The position numbers and the translations under genes are program-made. Source: Nitrososphaerota archaeon (GTDB lineage: Archaea > Thermoproteota > Nitrososphaeria_A > Caldarchaeales > Calditenuaceae). Taken from it: DNA of 64,000 nucleotides. Under the pieces are notes generated by a model that was given only the letters and a program-made list of their open reading frames with translations, made no database searches and was not told the origin of the DNA. The stretch covers positions 992,001 through 1,056,000 of the forward strand of contig JBEPYO010000001.1 in the NCBI GenBank assembly GCA_041641295.1. Reading direction: 5' to 3'. Shown in pieces: positions 1-9,828 of the stretch. Numbering within the stretch: position 1 is the first letter of the stretch; every line of letters starts with the position of its first letter.

Positions 1-1
1 C

Positions 2-352
2 AAGCCCGGAACAGATGATGTCAGGGAGGCGGCCTCCCTCGAGATAATCCGCGAACTCCTAGCGCGTGGGGCTGAAGTGAGGGCCCATGACCCGGCCGCG
101 CTCGACAACGCCAGACAGGTCATAGGCGAGAGCGTCATCTATTGCCATAGAGTAGAGGACTGCTTAAACGGGGCAGACTTGGCAATAATAGTCACTGAAT
201 GGCCTGAATATGCAGCACTAGACCCCTCCACCTTGAAGTCACTTATGCGAAATCCACTAATCATCGATGGGAGAAGAATCCTAAACACGCGCCGACTAAT
301 AGAAGCAGGGATAAGAATACACACTGTAGGCCTCCACAATCCCTCGGCATAG
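2..352 (+). CDS. UDP-glucose/GDP-mannose dehydrogenase family, C-terminal part (5'-truncated by window edge)
   Basis: Frame open from position 2: KPGTDDVREAASLEII...AHDP...TEWPEY...IIDGRR, typical UDP-binding domain motifs. Confidence 0.9.
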   Translation, partial: KPGTDDVREAASLEIIRELLARGAEVRAHDPAALDNARQVIGESVIYCHRVEDCLNGADLAIIVTEWPEYAALDPSTLKSLMRNPLIIDGRRILNTRRLIEAGIRIHTVGLHNPSA

Positions 353-415
353 CAGTCTCGACATAGAGGAGATAAGGGTTATTTGCTACAGCACGGGTAT
401 ACGGTTCTGAGGAGT

Positions 416-487
416 GGGGCCGTGGTCTAGCGGTATGACGCCGCCCTCACACGGCGGAGGTCGCCGGTTCGAATCCGGCCGGCCCCA
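416..487 (+). tRNA. tRNA-Val(CAC), no intron, CCA not encoded
   Basis: Acceptor stem GGGGCCG/CGGCCCC, anticodon arm CCGCC-CT CAC AC-GGCGG, T-arm GCCGG-TTCGAAT-CCGGC. Confidence 0.97.
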
Positions 488-522
488 CATTCTTAACTCT
501 TAAAAACCCCAATACCCCATGA

Positions 523-1305
523 ATGTTGAACACCATGTCCTCTTCAGAGGTTGAAGTTGTCAGAGAGTTAATAGGCTTGAAGCCTGAGGAGGCTTTTGAA
601 GAGTGCAGAACGATTTTATCCATTCAGCCCCATCCGGATGATACTGATATAGGCGCTGGCGGCATAGTTGCCAGACTTTCTTCCCGCGGGTGTAGAGTCA
701 TATATGTGACGATGACTGACGGTGGGGCCGGGACTACAGACCCCTCTATATCATGGGAGGAGCTGACGCGTATTCGCAGGAAGGAGCAGCAGGCTGCGGC
801 CCAGATTCTTGGCGTCTCCGAACTCATCTGGCTAGATTATAGGGACTCGGAGCTTAGACCCTCTTTGGAGCTCAGGAACAAGCTGATAACCCTGATAAGG
901 CGCTACAGGCCCGACGTCGTCTTGACGGTCGATCCATGGCTACCCTATGAGGCCCACCCAGACCACATAGCAACCGGGCTCGCAGCCAGCGAGGCCTTCT
1001 TCTTCAGCAACCTAACGAACATCAACCGTGAAGATCTTGAAAACGGGCTCGAGCCCTATTCACCCAAGTATATAGCCTACTATTGGACTAAGAATCCGAA
1101 CCTATACATCGATATCTCAGACCTGATAAGTGTTAAAAAGGCGGCCATATCGGCCCACAAGTCCCAATTCACTCCCGAGATAATTGAACTCCTCATTAAG
1201 TATGATGAGATGCTAGGTAGGAGGGCTGGCTACAAGTATGCCGAGGCCTTCAAAATACTTAACCAGCTGGCACTTCACGTTAACCCCATTTCCGATATGC
1301 TCTGA
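523..1305 (+). CDS. PIG-L/LmbE family N-acetyl-sugar deacetylase (diacetylchitobiose deacetylase-like)
   Basis: HPDD, RRKE, HPDH and HKSQF motifs. Confidence 0.9.
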   Translation: MLNTMSSSEVEVVRELIGLKPEEAFEECRTILSIQPHPDDTDIGAGGIVARLSSRGCRVIYVTMTDGGAGTTDPSISWEELTRIRRKEQQAAAQILGVSELIWLDYRDSELRPSLELRNKLITLIRRYRPDVVLTVDPWLPYEAHPDHIATGLAASEAFFFSNLTNINREDLENGLEPYSPKYIAYYWTKNPNLYIDISDLISVKKAAISAHKSQFTPEIIELLIKYDEMLGRRAGYKYAEAFKILNQLALHVNPISDML

Positions 1306-1384
1306 GGCCCGAGGAACCCGTACTGAAGGTTTTTATTTTGGTTAGTTGATAAGTCATCTGCAAAAACCAGAGGGAGTGAGAAGA

Positions 1385-1657
1385 ATGTCCGCGAATGAGG
1401 TAACCGTATTGGTTGGCAAGAAGCCGGCGATGAGCTATGTTCTGGCGTGTCTGATATCGCTGCAGCAGGGGCAGAACGTAACGCTGAAGGCGAGAGGCAG
1501 GTCAATAAGCAGGGCTGTCGATGTGGTCCAGATACTGAAGAACAGGTTCTACAAGGACCTGAAGGTACAGGAGATAAAGCTGGGCACAGAGATGCTGAAG
1601 GGACAGGACAACAGGGATGTGAACGTAAGCACGATCGAGATAAAGATAGCCTCTTAG
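1385..1657 (+). CDS. albA: DNA/RNA-binding protein Alba
   Basis: VGKKPAMSYV...KARGRSISRAVDV...VSTIEI; ATG at 1385 after a GGAGTGA-like SD. Confidence 0.95.
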   Translation: MSANEVTVLVGKKPAMSYVLACLISLQQGQNVTLKARGRSISRAVDVVQILKNRFYKDLKVQEIKLGTEMLKGQDNRDVNVSTIEIKIAS

Positions 1658-1724
1658 AGGCCTGCCGAGGCTAAGGAAAGTTAAAAACGGATGAGGCTGA
1701 TGACGAACTTGGAGGCGGTGATTA

Positions 1725-2222
1725 CTGAAAATACCCGTATGCGAGTTCGACCTACGGAGTGGCTCTCTTTGCCCGAGTTGTCAGAGGAAGTTAGAGAGAG
1801 GAGAGATTACGCGGCTGGATGTCGAGGTCTTAACAGCGCTAATCGACCTGAACCTGCCAATACTAGCTAAGGCAGAGTACGCCGGCTCGATACGTCAAAA
1901 AAACAAAATTTTTGTATTTCTCCGGGACGTAGAGGCGTCTGTACAAGACTTTATGGAGCTCTCACTGCAGCTCTCACGCCGTTTAAAGACTCTTGTAAGG
2001 GTGTTGAGGGATCACCGCTCATTCAATAGCTTCTTGGCCGAGCTGCTTGCACCTGCTAAGATTCTTGCGATCAACGTGGTGTGGCTACCCGATGGAACCG
2101 AGGAGACGATAATCACTGTGGATGATACGTCTAAGCTCCAGCTACAGGTGGACGAGATTGTGGACTTGGTTAAGGGCTTTAAGGGTAGGGCTATTCGGAT
2201 TGAGAGGGCTTCACGCCGTTGA
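1725..2222 (+). CDS. Archaeal NusA-like KH-domain protein with N-terminal Cys motif (probable CTG start)
   Basis: Track ORF 1953..2222 extends in frame to CTG at 1725: KIPVCEFDLRSGSLCPSCQRKLERGEIT; C-terminal LLAPAKILAINVVWLPDG; in-frame TGA at 1719. Confidence 0.7.
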   Translation: MKIPVCEFDLRSGSLCPSCQRKLERGEITRLDVEVLTALIDLNLPILAKAEYAGSIRQKNKIFVFLRDVEASVQDFMELSLQLSRRLKTLVRVLRDHRSFNSFLAELLAPAKILAINVVWLPDGTEETIITVDDTSKLQLQVDEIVDLVKGFKGRAIRIERASRR

Positions 2223-2323
2223 GGCTCCTAGTCCTTGGACAGGCATAAGGGTTTATGAATGATTTGGGAGAAGTTATCACTTAAATACGCGTCAATTTAT
2301 GTTCACTTTGGTCTAAAAACTAT

Positions 2324-3646
2324 ATGGTTGGGGAAACGGGGCCGGGGTCTGGTTTTGAACAGATACGCTCTGGAATGGTTAGGCCAGAGCTTGATGGCCG
2401 GCGCGTAGTAATTCAGGGCTGGGTCCACGAGATACGCGACCTAGGATCTCTGGTCTTCATAGTCTTGAGGGATAGGTCGGGCCTCTGCCAAGTAGTGTTT
2501 AGCCGCGTAGGTGCCGATAGTGGGCTTCTGGCTGCTTTAGATGGTTTAACTCGCGAATCGGCTGTTAGGGTCTGGGGGACTGTGCGCGTTGCTCCTCAGT
2601 CAAGGATGGGTGTTGAGGTGAAAGGTGAGCGTATTGAGGTTGTTGCCAAGGCAGTGGAGAAGCTCCCCTACGATGTGACAGGCAAAGTCCCGGCGTCCAT
2701 GACAACGCGTCTTAACCACAGGATACTAGACCTGAGAAAACCAGTGAATACGGCTATCTTCCTGATAGCTGACACGGTCTTTGACGCTATACGCGAATAT
2801 CTCCGTGAGCAGGGATTTGTTGAGGTTAGGACTCCTAAGATAATAGCCACCGCGACTGAAGGTGGGGCTGCCCTATTCAAGGTTGACTACTTCGGGAAGG
2901 CAGCGTATCTTGCCCAGAGCCCCCAGCTCTACAAGGAAGAGCTCGTCACGGTCTTTGAACGCGTCTTTGAGATTGGGCCGTTCTTTAGAGCTGAGGCCTC
3001 GCATACGCGGAGGCATGTCAGCGAGTTCACTTCTGTCGACATAGAGGCTGCGTTCATGAACTATGAGGATGTTATGCGGGTTCTGGAGGGGATGGTTGCC
3101 CACGTCTTCAAGAGGGTCTTGGAGGAGAGGCAGAGGGAGCTCGAGCTCTTGGGGGTCTCCCTCCGACCTCCTAAAACTCCTTTCAAGCGGATAACCTATG
3201 ACGAGGCCTTAAGGGAGCTCGCAGAGCTTGGGCATCAGAAGAGCTGGGGAGGAGACTTGGAGACCCCAGACCTGAGATATCTGGCCAAGAAGCACACAGG
3301 TTTCTACTTCATCACCCACTTCCCCACCGCCATAAAGCCCTTCTACATCCAGCCCGACCCCAACAACCCGCAGATATCCGAGTCATTTGACCTGATGTAT
3401 CAGTGGCTCGAACTTGCTTCCGGTGGGACAAGGATATCAGACCCCGCGCTTCTCAGGCAGAGGCTGCAGGAGCAGGGGCTCAACCCGGAGAGCTTCAAAC
3501 ACCATGTGGCGGTATATGATTATGGCATGCCTGTCCACGCCGGCTGGGGGCTCGGGTTCGAGAGGCTGATAATGGTCATCACAAGGCGTACCAACATAAG
3601 GGACGTAATACTCTTCCCAAGGGATAGGTTCAGACTCGTGCCATGA
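2324..3646 (+). CDS. aspS: Aspartyl-tRNA synthetase, archaeal type
   Basis: GWVHEIRDLG OB fold, YLAQSPQLYK, FRAE, GWGLGFERL, FPRD. Confidence 0.96.
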   Translation: MVGETGPGSGFEQIRSGMVRPELDGRRVVIQGWVHEIRDLGSLVFIVLRDRSGLCQVVFSRVGADSGLLAALDGLTRESAVRVWGTVRVAPQSRMGVEVKGERIEVVAKAVEKLPYDVTGKVPASMTTRLNHRILDLRKPVNTAIFLIADTVFDAIREYLREQGFVEVRTPKIIATATEGGAALFKVDYFGKAAYLAQSPQLYKEELVTVFERVFEIGPFFRAEASHTRRHVSEFTSVDIEAAFMNYEDVMRVLEGMVAHVFKRVLEERQRELELLGVSLRPPKTPFKRITYDEALRELAELGHQKSWGGDLETPDLRYLAKKHTGFYFITHFPTAIKPFYIQPDPNNPQISESFDLMYQWLELASGGTRISDPALLRQRLQEQGLNPESFKHHVAVYDYGMPVHAGWGLGFERLIMVITRRTNIRDVILFPRDRFRLVP

Positions 3647-3873
3647 GCGACCCGGCTGAAGAGTTTAGAGAGATCTCGAAACGGATATTTGAGAAGTATT
3701 TGACGGAGGAGGATGTGGAGGAGCTGGCGTATAGGTGGGCGGTACTGAAGGCGAGACTTGCCTCTGGCTCAGATTCCCGCGAACCCAGCGTGGAGGAGGT
3801 TGACTATTTGAAGAGGCGGATCCTCGAGCTCAGAGCCTTAGCTGGCCTCGACTGGTTTGAGAAGGTAGAGTAG
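3643..3873 (+). CDS. Hypothetical protein, translationally coupled to aspS
   Basis: ATGA overlap with aspS stop; charged helical 76-aa ORF. Confidence 0.7.
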   Translation: MSDPAEEFREISKRIFEKYLTEEDVEELAYRWAVLKARLASGSDSREPSVEEVDYLKRRILELRALAGLDWFEKVE

Positions 3874-3947
3874 CTCAGCCTCTCTCCCATAATTTTCGCG
3901 GAGGTAGATCCGACTAGTGTATAAATCGTGGTCTATAGCTGATTGAC

Positions 3948-4343
3948 GTGTTGAGTCCAGCTGCTTTGGATACGGCGCTTTGGACGCTGGTACTCTACCT
4001 AATCCTCACAATAGTGGCCCCACCAATCTTCTACATAGTCTCGGTTCTGATAGCCCCTAAGAAGCCGTCCCGCGTCAAGAGGATGCTCTTCGAGTCCGGG
4101 CAGACTCCGATACCGGCCAGAGTGGCTCCATTCCCCATCGAATACTTCCCCTACGTTATTATCTACATAGCCTACGCCGTATTCGCAGTCATAGCCTTCA
4201 TCGTCGTCTTAGACATGCTGCGGTCAAGTGAGAGCCTAGTGCGTGGATTAATTATCTTGGCCGTAATCACTGCCGGCTCGATATATGCGTCCACACAGCT
4301 CCCCGTCTTAAAACAGAGGCTCGAGAGGGGTGGTAGAGGTTGA
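3948..4343 (+). CDS. nuoA: NADH-quinone oxidoreductase subunit A
   Basis: Three TM segments, FESG loop, followed by nuoH. Confidence 0.8.
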   Translation: MLSPAALDTALWTLVLYLILTIVAPPIFYIVSVLIAPKKPSRVKRMLFESGQTPIPARVAPFPIEYFPYVIIYIAYAVFAVIAFIVVLDMLRSSESLVRGLIILAVITAGSIYASTQLPVLKQRLERGGRG

Positions 4344-5410
4344 TAGACCCAGTACAAGCGTTTGTCCAAGTGTATAATTCTATGCCACCTCTAATCCAAG
4401 AGCTGATACGCTTCCTCTACAGCGAGCCATTCATCAAGGCAGCCATATTCCCCGGCGCGCTGTTCAGCACGCTGCTAGGAATGTTTGCTGTATGGTTTGA
4501 GAGGAAGCTCTTCGCCCGCGTCTCCCTCAGGGTAGGGCCACTACACGTTGGAAGAGTAGCTGGTATCCTCCAACTCATTGCAGACGCAATCAAGTTCCTA
4601 TCAAAGGAGAGGATAATCCCAGAGGGTGTGAACAGGCCTCTCTTCGTCCTCATGCCCTGCCTCGCACTAATTCTCTCCCTTCTACTATACGCCTTCCTCC
4701 CCTTTGGAGCTGGCTGGATAATCTACCCATCAGATATTGGCCTACTCTTATTCTTCCTAGTCGCCGCCCTGTCCCCAATACCAATAGTGCTTGCAGGATA
4801 TGCCTCGAGGAGCAAATACCCCTTCATAGGGATGTCCAGAATAGCGCTCCAGCTCTTCGGATACGAGGTGCCCCTCTTCCTAGCCTTGACAGGCGTTGTC
4901 CTGTCCACGAGGACACTTAATCTAGAGAAAATCGTTGAGGCCCAAGCGGTTGTTCCTCTCGCAGTAACCCAGATTATCGGCTTCATAGTCTTCATCATAA
5001 CCTTATTGGCCGAGACTGAGAGACTCCCCTTCGACATACCGACTGCGGAGGGTGAGATCGTCTTCGGCTGGCAGACCGAGTACTCGGGCGTCTACTTCCT
5101 AATGATCCAGCTCGCCATGTTCGAGAAAGTCCTAGCCTTCTGCTTCCTCGGCGCAATACTGTATCTCGGCGGCTGGCTCGGGCCGCCAATACCCGGCCTA
5201 CCCGAAAGCATCTCGGCACCCTTCTGGCTCATACTTAAGGGCCTAATACTGTTCACGTTCGTCGCGCTGCTGCGAGGCGCCTATCCGAGGCTGACGATAG
5301 AGAAGGTCCTAGACCTCGGCTGGAAATACCTAATACCCCTAGCGTTCGTGAACCTGATAATCACGGCCGGAATCTCACTAATCTCAGGGTACTCGGCCAT
5401 AACGCTCTAA
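4340..5410 (+). CDS. nuoH: NADH-quinone oxidoreductase subunit H
   Basis: ERK...RVGP, QLIADAIKF, AETERLPFD, EYSG, YPRL motifs. Confidence 0.95.
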   Translation: MIDPVQAFVQVYNSMPPLIQELIRFLYSEPFIKAAIFPGALFSTLLGMFAVWFERKLFARVSLRVGPLHVGRVAGILQLIADAIKFLSKERIIPEGVNRPLFVLMPCLALILSLLLYAFLPFGAGWIIYPSDIGLLLFFLVAALSPIPIVLAGYASRSKYPFIGMSRIALQLFGYEVPLFLALTGVVLSTRTLNLEKIVEAQAVVPLAVTQIIGFIVFIITLLAETERLPFDIPTAEGEIVFGWQTEYSGVYFLMIQLAMFEKVLAFCFLGAILYLGGWLGPPIPGLPESISAPFWLILKGLILFTFVALLRGAYPRLTIEKVLDLGWKYLIPLAFVNLIITAGISLISGYSAITL

Positions 5411-5495
5411 CTCTCCGAACGAGTGCGAGGCCTACGAATCTTTTCCTCTGAATTGTTTCGGGAACTCTAGGCACCCCACTTGCTGGTGCTCCTTC

Positions 5496-5840
5496 TCAGC
5501 CTCCCCTAGCCCTCTTGAATCGGAACTCTAGGCCCGTCGCAAGGATGTTTGACCGAGAGATCACGTATACTGCCTGTTGTGCCAAGAGGCCGTGCTCAAG
5601 TGTTGAGAGCTTGTAGCCGCTCTTCTCTAACCTCTCCCTCATCTGTCTGAGGTTTTCCAATAGGTCTCTAACACCGCTAAGCTCTGCAACTTCCTTACTT
5701 GATGCGAGGGACTCAGCCTTCTCATGCGCCATAACCACGTATCTATAGTCGTCTGTGTCGAGGAATCCCCTGAGATCGGCTACAATCTCTCTAAAGGTCT
5801 TCCAAGCCTCGCGCAACCCTGTTCGCTGGCTGGCCGACAA
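5496..5840 (-). CDS. Hypothetical protein
   Basis: 114-aa helical ORF downstream of the F420 oxidoreductase, same strand. Confidence 0.7.
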   Translation of the reverse strand: MSASQRTGLREAWKTFREIVADLRGFLDTDDYRYVVMAHEKAESLASSKEVAELSGVRDLLENLRQMRERLEKSGYKLSTLEHGLLAQQAVYVISRSNILATGLEFRFKRARGG

Positions 5841-5888
5841 CGCGAAAATGGTGACGTGGCAGCTTTTAGGTATTCTCTTGGCTGATGG

Positions 5889-6980
5889 CTATAGCTCTAG
5901 TTTTATTCCACGCAGCTCCATATATCGCTGTAGGTTCTCCTTGGTGTAGCTGCCCCGGTAGGGTATCTTGGACTCGCCGTAAATCTCCCTTAAGTATGGG
6001 GCGACCTCCTTCCCCAGCACCCTGATGAACCCTATAGGGTCGCCGCTGACAGAGAAGGCTATGTGCCTAAACCCCAGCGCTAAATACTTCTCAAGATACT
6101 TGATGACCTCTTCAGCCTTTGTAGCCACTAGGAAGACGTCTTTAACCAACTCCTCCGAGACCCTGTTCCCATGCATCTCAATGTATTTCGGATCATAGAC
6201 GTTTAGGTCGAAGAATATTGGGAGGAGCGTTCCGCGCCAGGGGAGGAGGGACTTGAGCGCCTTCTCATAGTCCTCCGCGTGGAATCCCACGTGAACGAGC
6301 AGGGACTTCTCAACATCCTCCCCTCTCCTACCCACCTCTCTCGCACCATCATCCAACGCGGGGAAAAGCTTCTGAGTATACAATGTTGGGTCGTCGACTG
6401 GCAGCGTCATGAAGGCGTCGGCAAGCATCCCAGCCAGCCTAGCTCCTCTTGTACCGCTTGATGCTATGTGTATGGGTATATCGACTGGTGGTGGGTCGTA
6501 TAGCTTTGCCTTGTTGAGTCTATAGTACTTTCCGCGGTATGTCACCTGTTTTCCCTGCCAGAGAATCCTCGTTATGAAGACAGCCTCCTCAAGCCTCTCC
6601 AACCTTTCGCGGTATGGTGGCCAAGAAAATCCGCATGGGACCTCGTTTAGAGCCTCACCCGTACCCACGCCTAGGAACATCCTGCCCGGAAACAGGTTTT
6701 GCATCGTGGCGAAGGCCTGGGCTACAACTGGCGGAGGGTATCTAAAGAGTGGGCAAGTAACACTCGTGCCCATCACTATCTTCCCAGTGAGGGCGCCGAC
6801 CGACGACAGCACAGACCAGATAAAGACGCCGTGGGCAGCTGTATCAAACCATGGATGGAAATGATCCGAGCCCCAAGCCGAGTCAAGCCCGTTTTTCTCA
6901 GCCTCCACTCCCTGCTTGACGAGCTCGCTGGGCGAATACTCCTCCGACGCCAAAACAATCCCGAGTCTAAGGCCGCTCAA
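5889..6980 (-). CDS. F420-dependent LLM-class oxidoreductase (G6PDH-F420-like family)
   Basis: SDHFHPW, SVTCP, GTGEALNE motifs. Confidence 0.9.
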   Translation of the reverse strand: MSGLRLGIVLASEEYSPSELVKQGVEAEKNGLDSAWGSDHFHPWFDTAAHGVFIWSVLSSVGALTGKIVMGTSVTCPLFRYPPPVVAQAFATMQNLFPGRMFLGVGTGEALNEVPCGFSWPPYRERLERLEEAVFITRILWQGKQVTYRGKYYRLNKAKLYDPPPVDIPIHIASSGTRGARLAGMLADAFMTLPVDDPTLYTQKLFPALDDGAREVGRRGEDVEKSLLVHVGFHAEDYEKALKSLLPWRGTLLPIFFDLNVYDPKYIEMHGNRVSEELVKDVFLVATKAEEVIKYLEKYLALGFRHIAFSVSGDPIGFIRVLGKEVAPYLREIYGESKIPYRGSYTKENLQRYMELRGIKLEL

Positions 6981-7045
6981 GTAATAACCACCATCAGAAG
7001 AATCTCGCTTTGGAGGTGGCTAAATACGTAACCCTTTATCGATCG

Positions 7046-7969
7046 TTATAGGCTGAGCTTGGCCCTTAGCCAGCCGTAAAAGGCGTCTATCGGGTTTGTG
7101 GAGGGTGGGTTGGTGGAGATCTTGGGGCCGGCCAGCATGTAGGGATTGTAGACCAAGCCTTGGCGAGAAATGGATGAGAGCTCCACGTCTGGCGTCATCT
7201 CCAGTGCGTAGAATGGGCAGGCGTCCACGCAGAAGCCGCAGAAGACGCACCTCCCATAGTCCACCTGCGGGAAGTAGGACTTCTTGTTCTGGGGGTATTT
7301 GAGGTCGCGCTTCTGAATTATTATTTTAACATTGCATCCATTCTTGCTGGCCCCGTAAGTAATCGCGTCTGGAAACTTGTCCTCTAGTATGCTGAAGCTC
7401 CAGCCACTCTTCTCAAGCTGGATGAACTGCTCGTCGAGGTAGTTGTTGTATAGTGTGGCTGAGTTGTGCTCCCATATCGGGTCTGTATTGAGTCTTATCG
7501 ACGCCTTACCATCGGTCTTAACAACCCTCTTCAAATCGACAAAATGTCCCAGTAGAGGGTGTGACCCGCCAGTCCCGGGCCCCGGCTCCACGAGGGGCTT
7601 GATGAACCCTTCAACCACACGGTCGAGAAGCTCTGAAAGCACCCCCCTCCCAGAGGCGAACTCGTTATAATCCTTCTCTTCAACCTCAATGACTACGTCA
7701 AACGCGTAGACCATCGTTATGGCTTCGGCAATGTTCTGGCAGGCTATGTCGCAGAGGCTGCAGCCGGTACACTTCTCAAGGATTAGTAAGTGCCTCCCCT
7801 TAAAGCCGGGGTAGGCGAACCCCTGCTTGGGGTCAAACCTGTAGTTCTCGCGGGGAAGGTTAGGCACTTCTTCGTATGGATACTTGTAGGTGTAAGGCTT
7901 GAAGAATACATGCCTAGCGGCTACCCAAATGGGTCTTAGAATCTCTCTGAGTAGCGTGGCTGCGGACAT
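7046..7969 (-). CDS. nuoI: NADH-quinone oxidoreductase subunit I with large internal insertion
   Basis: YPYE, FKGRH, CTGCSLCDIAC and RCVFCGFCVDACP 4Fe-4S motifs. Confidence 0.85.
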   Translation of the reverse strand: MSAATLLREILRPIWVAARHVFFKPYTYKYPYEEVPNLPRENYRFDPKQGFAYPGFKGRHLLILEKCTGCSLCDIACQNIAEAITMVYAFDVVIEVEEKDYNEFASGRGVLSELLDRVVEGFIKPLVEPGPGTGGSHPLLGHFVDLKRVVKTDGKASIRLNTDPIWEHNSATLYNNYLDEQFIQLEKSGWSFSILEDKFPDAITYGASKNGCNVKIIIQKRDLKYPQNKKSYFPQVDYGRCVFCGFCVDACPFYALEMTPDVELSSISRQGLVYNPYMLAGPKISTNPPSTNPIDAFYGWLRAKLSL

Positions 7970-8065
7970 TTACGCCACTAGTCCGCATCAGGAGCCAAAT
8001 TTAAACACTACACAGGCCCCCAAAACGAGAACTATTATCTCGCTCCTGAGTGCCTTCTGTGCAGA

Positions 8066-8758
8066 TTGACTATCGGCGATGAGATTCTGCAGAGGCTGAG
8101 TACGCAGTACCGGATACAGGCGGAGGAGTATGTCTCGCTATACACTCATCTCCAGAGCAGAGACCCCTTCCAAGTCCTAGTAGCTACAATATTGTCGCAG
8201 AACACGACCGACAAGGCCGCCCTCAACGCTCTCAAGACGCTTGAGAGAGACGTGGGGCTTACTCCCCGCGCGATTCTAGAGGCTGGGAGGAGGCGGGTTG
8301 AGAAGGCTATACGGATGGCCGGCATGTACCGGTCTAAGGCCAGGTTCATCCTCGAGGTCTCCCGGATTGTGGTGGAGAAGTATGGCGGTGATATATGGAA
8401 CATGCTTAGGGGCGATGTAGAGGATGTGAGGATGCGGCTTATGGCGCTGCCGGGTGTGGGCGGGAAGACGGCCGATGTCCTCCTAGCTACGTTGGGAATT
8501 GCGCATACCGTCCCGGTGGATACTCACGTCCGGCGGGTCTCCACCCGTCTAGGATTGGTGGAGGAGGGTGCGAGCTATGAAGCAATACGTAAGCGGCTGG
8601 AAGAAGTCTTCAGAGCCGACTCTAGACATCTAGCGCATCTTCTCTTAATAGCCCATGGACGCAGAGTCTGTAGGGCCAGAAGGCCCTTATGTGGAAACTG
8701 CGTCATAAACAGCCTCTGCAAGTATTACCAGAAATCTAAAAAGCGGCTGCCAGCGTAA
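8066..8758 (+). CDS. nth: Endonuclease III (HhH-GPD, Fe-S)
   Basis: ILSQNTTD, LPGVGGKTAD, VDTH, C-x6-C-x2-C-x5-C. Confidence 0.92.
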   Translation: MTIGDEILQRLSTQYRIQAEEYVSLYTHLQSRDPFQVLVATILSQNTTDKAALNALKTLERDVGLTPRAILEAGRRRVEKAIRMAGMYRSKARFILEVSRIVVEKYGGDIWNMLRGDVEDVRMRLMALPGVGGKTADVLLATLGIAHTVPVDTHVRRVSTRLGLVEEGASYEAIRKRLEEVFRADSRHLAHLLLIAHGRRVCRARRPLCGNCVINSLCKYYQKSKKRLPA

Positions 8759-8976
8759 TAGGCATACTTATTGCATCTCGAGCCGAGAGCCGCTCCGCAG
8801 TCTTCGGACAGAAATACTTCAAGCTGGGTACAACTATAGGTTCGTTGGAGATAGCGAGGTAACTACTGAAGAGAGATCATCCACTTAGCTCCAAGACTAT
8901 CTGGCCCGCTCAGTCCTATGGGAAGATTTTAGAGTAGGGACGGGGGTGGAGAGTTGCCGGCTGAAGTGGTGTCGAC

Positions 8977-9828
8977 GTGAAGGGTGTTAGGGAGATTGTT
9001 GACCCGATGTCTCTGGCGGAGGCTATGTCTGAGAATCCGAGGTTTAAGAGAGGTGTCATAATATTATTATCAGCTCTACTCTCCCATATCGCCTCCTCTG
9101 TTTACTACGTATCAGAGAAGCTGCATGTCGATTACGCCTCATCTGGAATAGAGCTGCCCCGTCCCCCTATTACTGAGGCCCCTGAGGCCGTCTTTTTAGC
9201 CACACTATATCTGAGCATGGGGTTCCTAGCGGTTATCGGAGTATTCTCTATTACCGTTTACTTGAAGGGAAGTGAGAGGAGGAGTCTGATACCAGTTTTT
9301 AGCTCCGCTATGCACGGCTTCCTCGCCTTCACGGTGGCTACACTACTCCTACTTCCCATCCTACTTCCGGCACCCCCCACCAACGTGGCCATAACCTATG
9401 CAGAGGTCAGCGAGGTCAAGCTCGAAAATGCACGAATAGACGGGATGCTGCGGTCTAACGGTTCGGTATTGACGATTACTGCCCAGGTCTTGCGGTCTCC
9501 GCGTCTAGTATACAACGCCTCAAACCACAATCACCCCCTCCTCATAGAATCTGCAGCCGCCAGGGTCTCTGACCAGATTGTAAGCCTGGGAGACATAATG
9601 GTCGAGAGGCTCTCATGGGACCGGATAGAGTTTAGCGGTTACAGTTTTGTGAGTGAGCCTGTTTTGAGCCGCGAGCCCTGGAGCGCCTTAGCCACCGTGT
9701 TGTCTTGGTTGTGGCTGGTCTCATATGTCGGGCTGGCTTGTAAAAAATTTTACAGGCTCAGCTCTCAGACCGTTACACTCTCTATCATCATCACGATTAT
9801 TGTCCTGCTTGTTTTCGGCCTGCTATGA
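8977..9828 (+). CDS. Hypothetical membrane protein
   Basis: Several hydrophobic segments around a soluble loop. Confidence 0.7.
   Translation: MKGVREIVDPMSLAEAMSENPRFKRGVIILLSALLSHIASSVYYVSEKLHVDYASSGIELPRPPITEAPEAVFLATLYLSMGFLAVIGVFSITVYLKGSERRSLIPVFSSAMHGFLAFTVATLLLLPILLPAPPTNVAITYAEVSEVKLENARIDGMLRSNGSVLTITAQVLRSPRLVYNASNHNHPLLIESAAARVSDQIVSLGDIMVERLSWDRIEFSGYSFVSEPVLSREPWSALATVLSWLWLVSYVGLACKKFYRLSSQTVTLSIIITIIVLLVFGLL

Noticed and set aside
416-487. tRNA-Val as an integration site
   Set aside because: No duplicated tRNA fragment or integrase seen; flanking genes are housekeeping.
1690-1728. C/D-box sRNA (TGATGA...CTGA)
   Set aside because: Boxes are only about 21 nt apart and the segment is explained by the SD and start of the NusA-like gene.
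7310-7708. Intein in nuoI
   Set aside because: No N-terminal Cys/Ser block, no C-terminal His-Asn and no LAGLIDADG motif.
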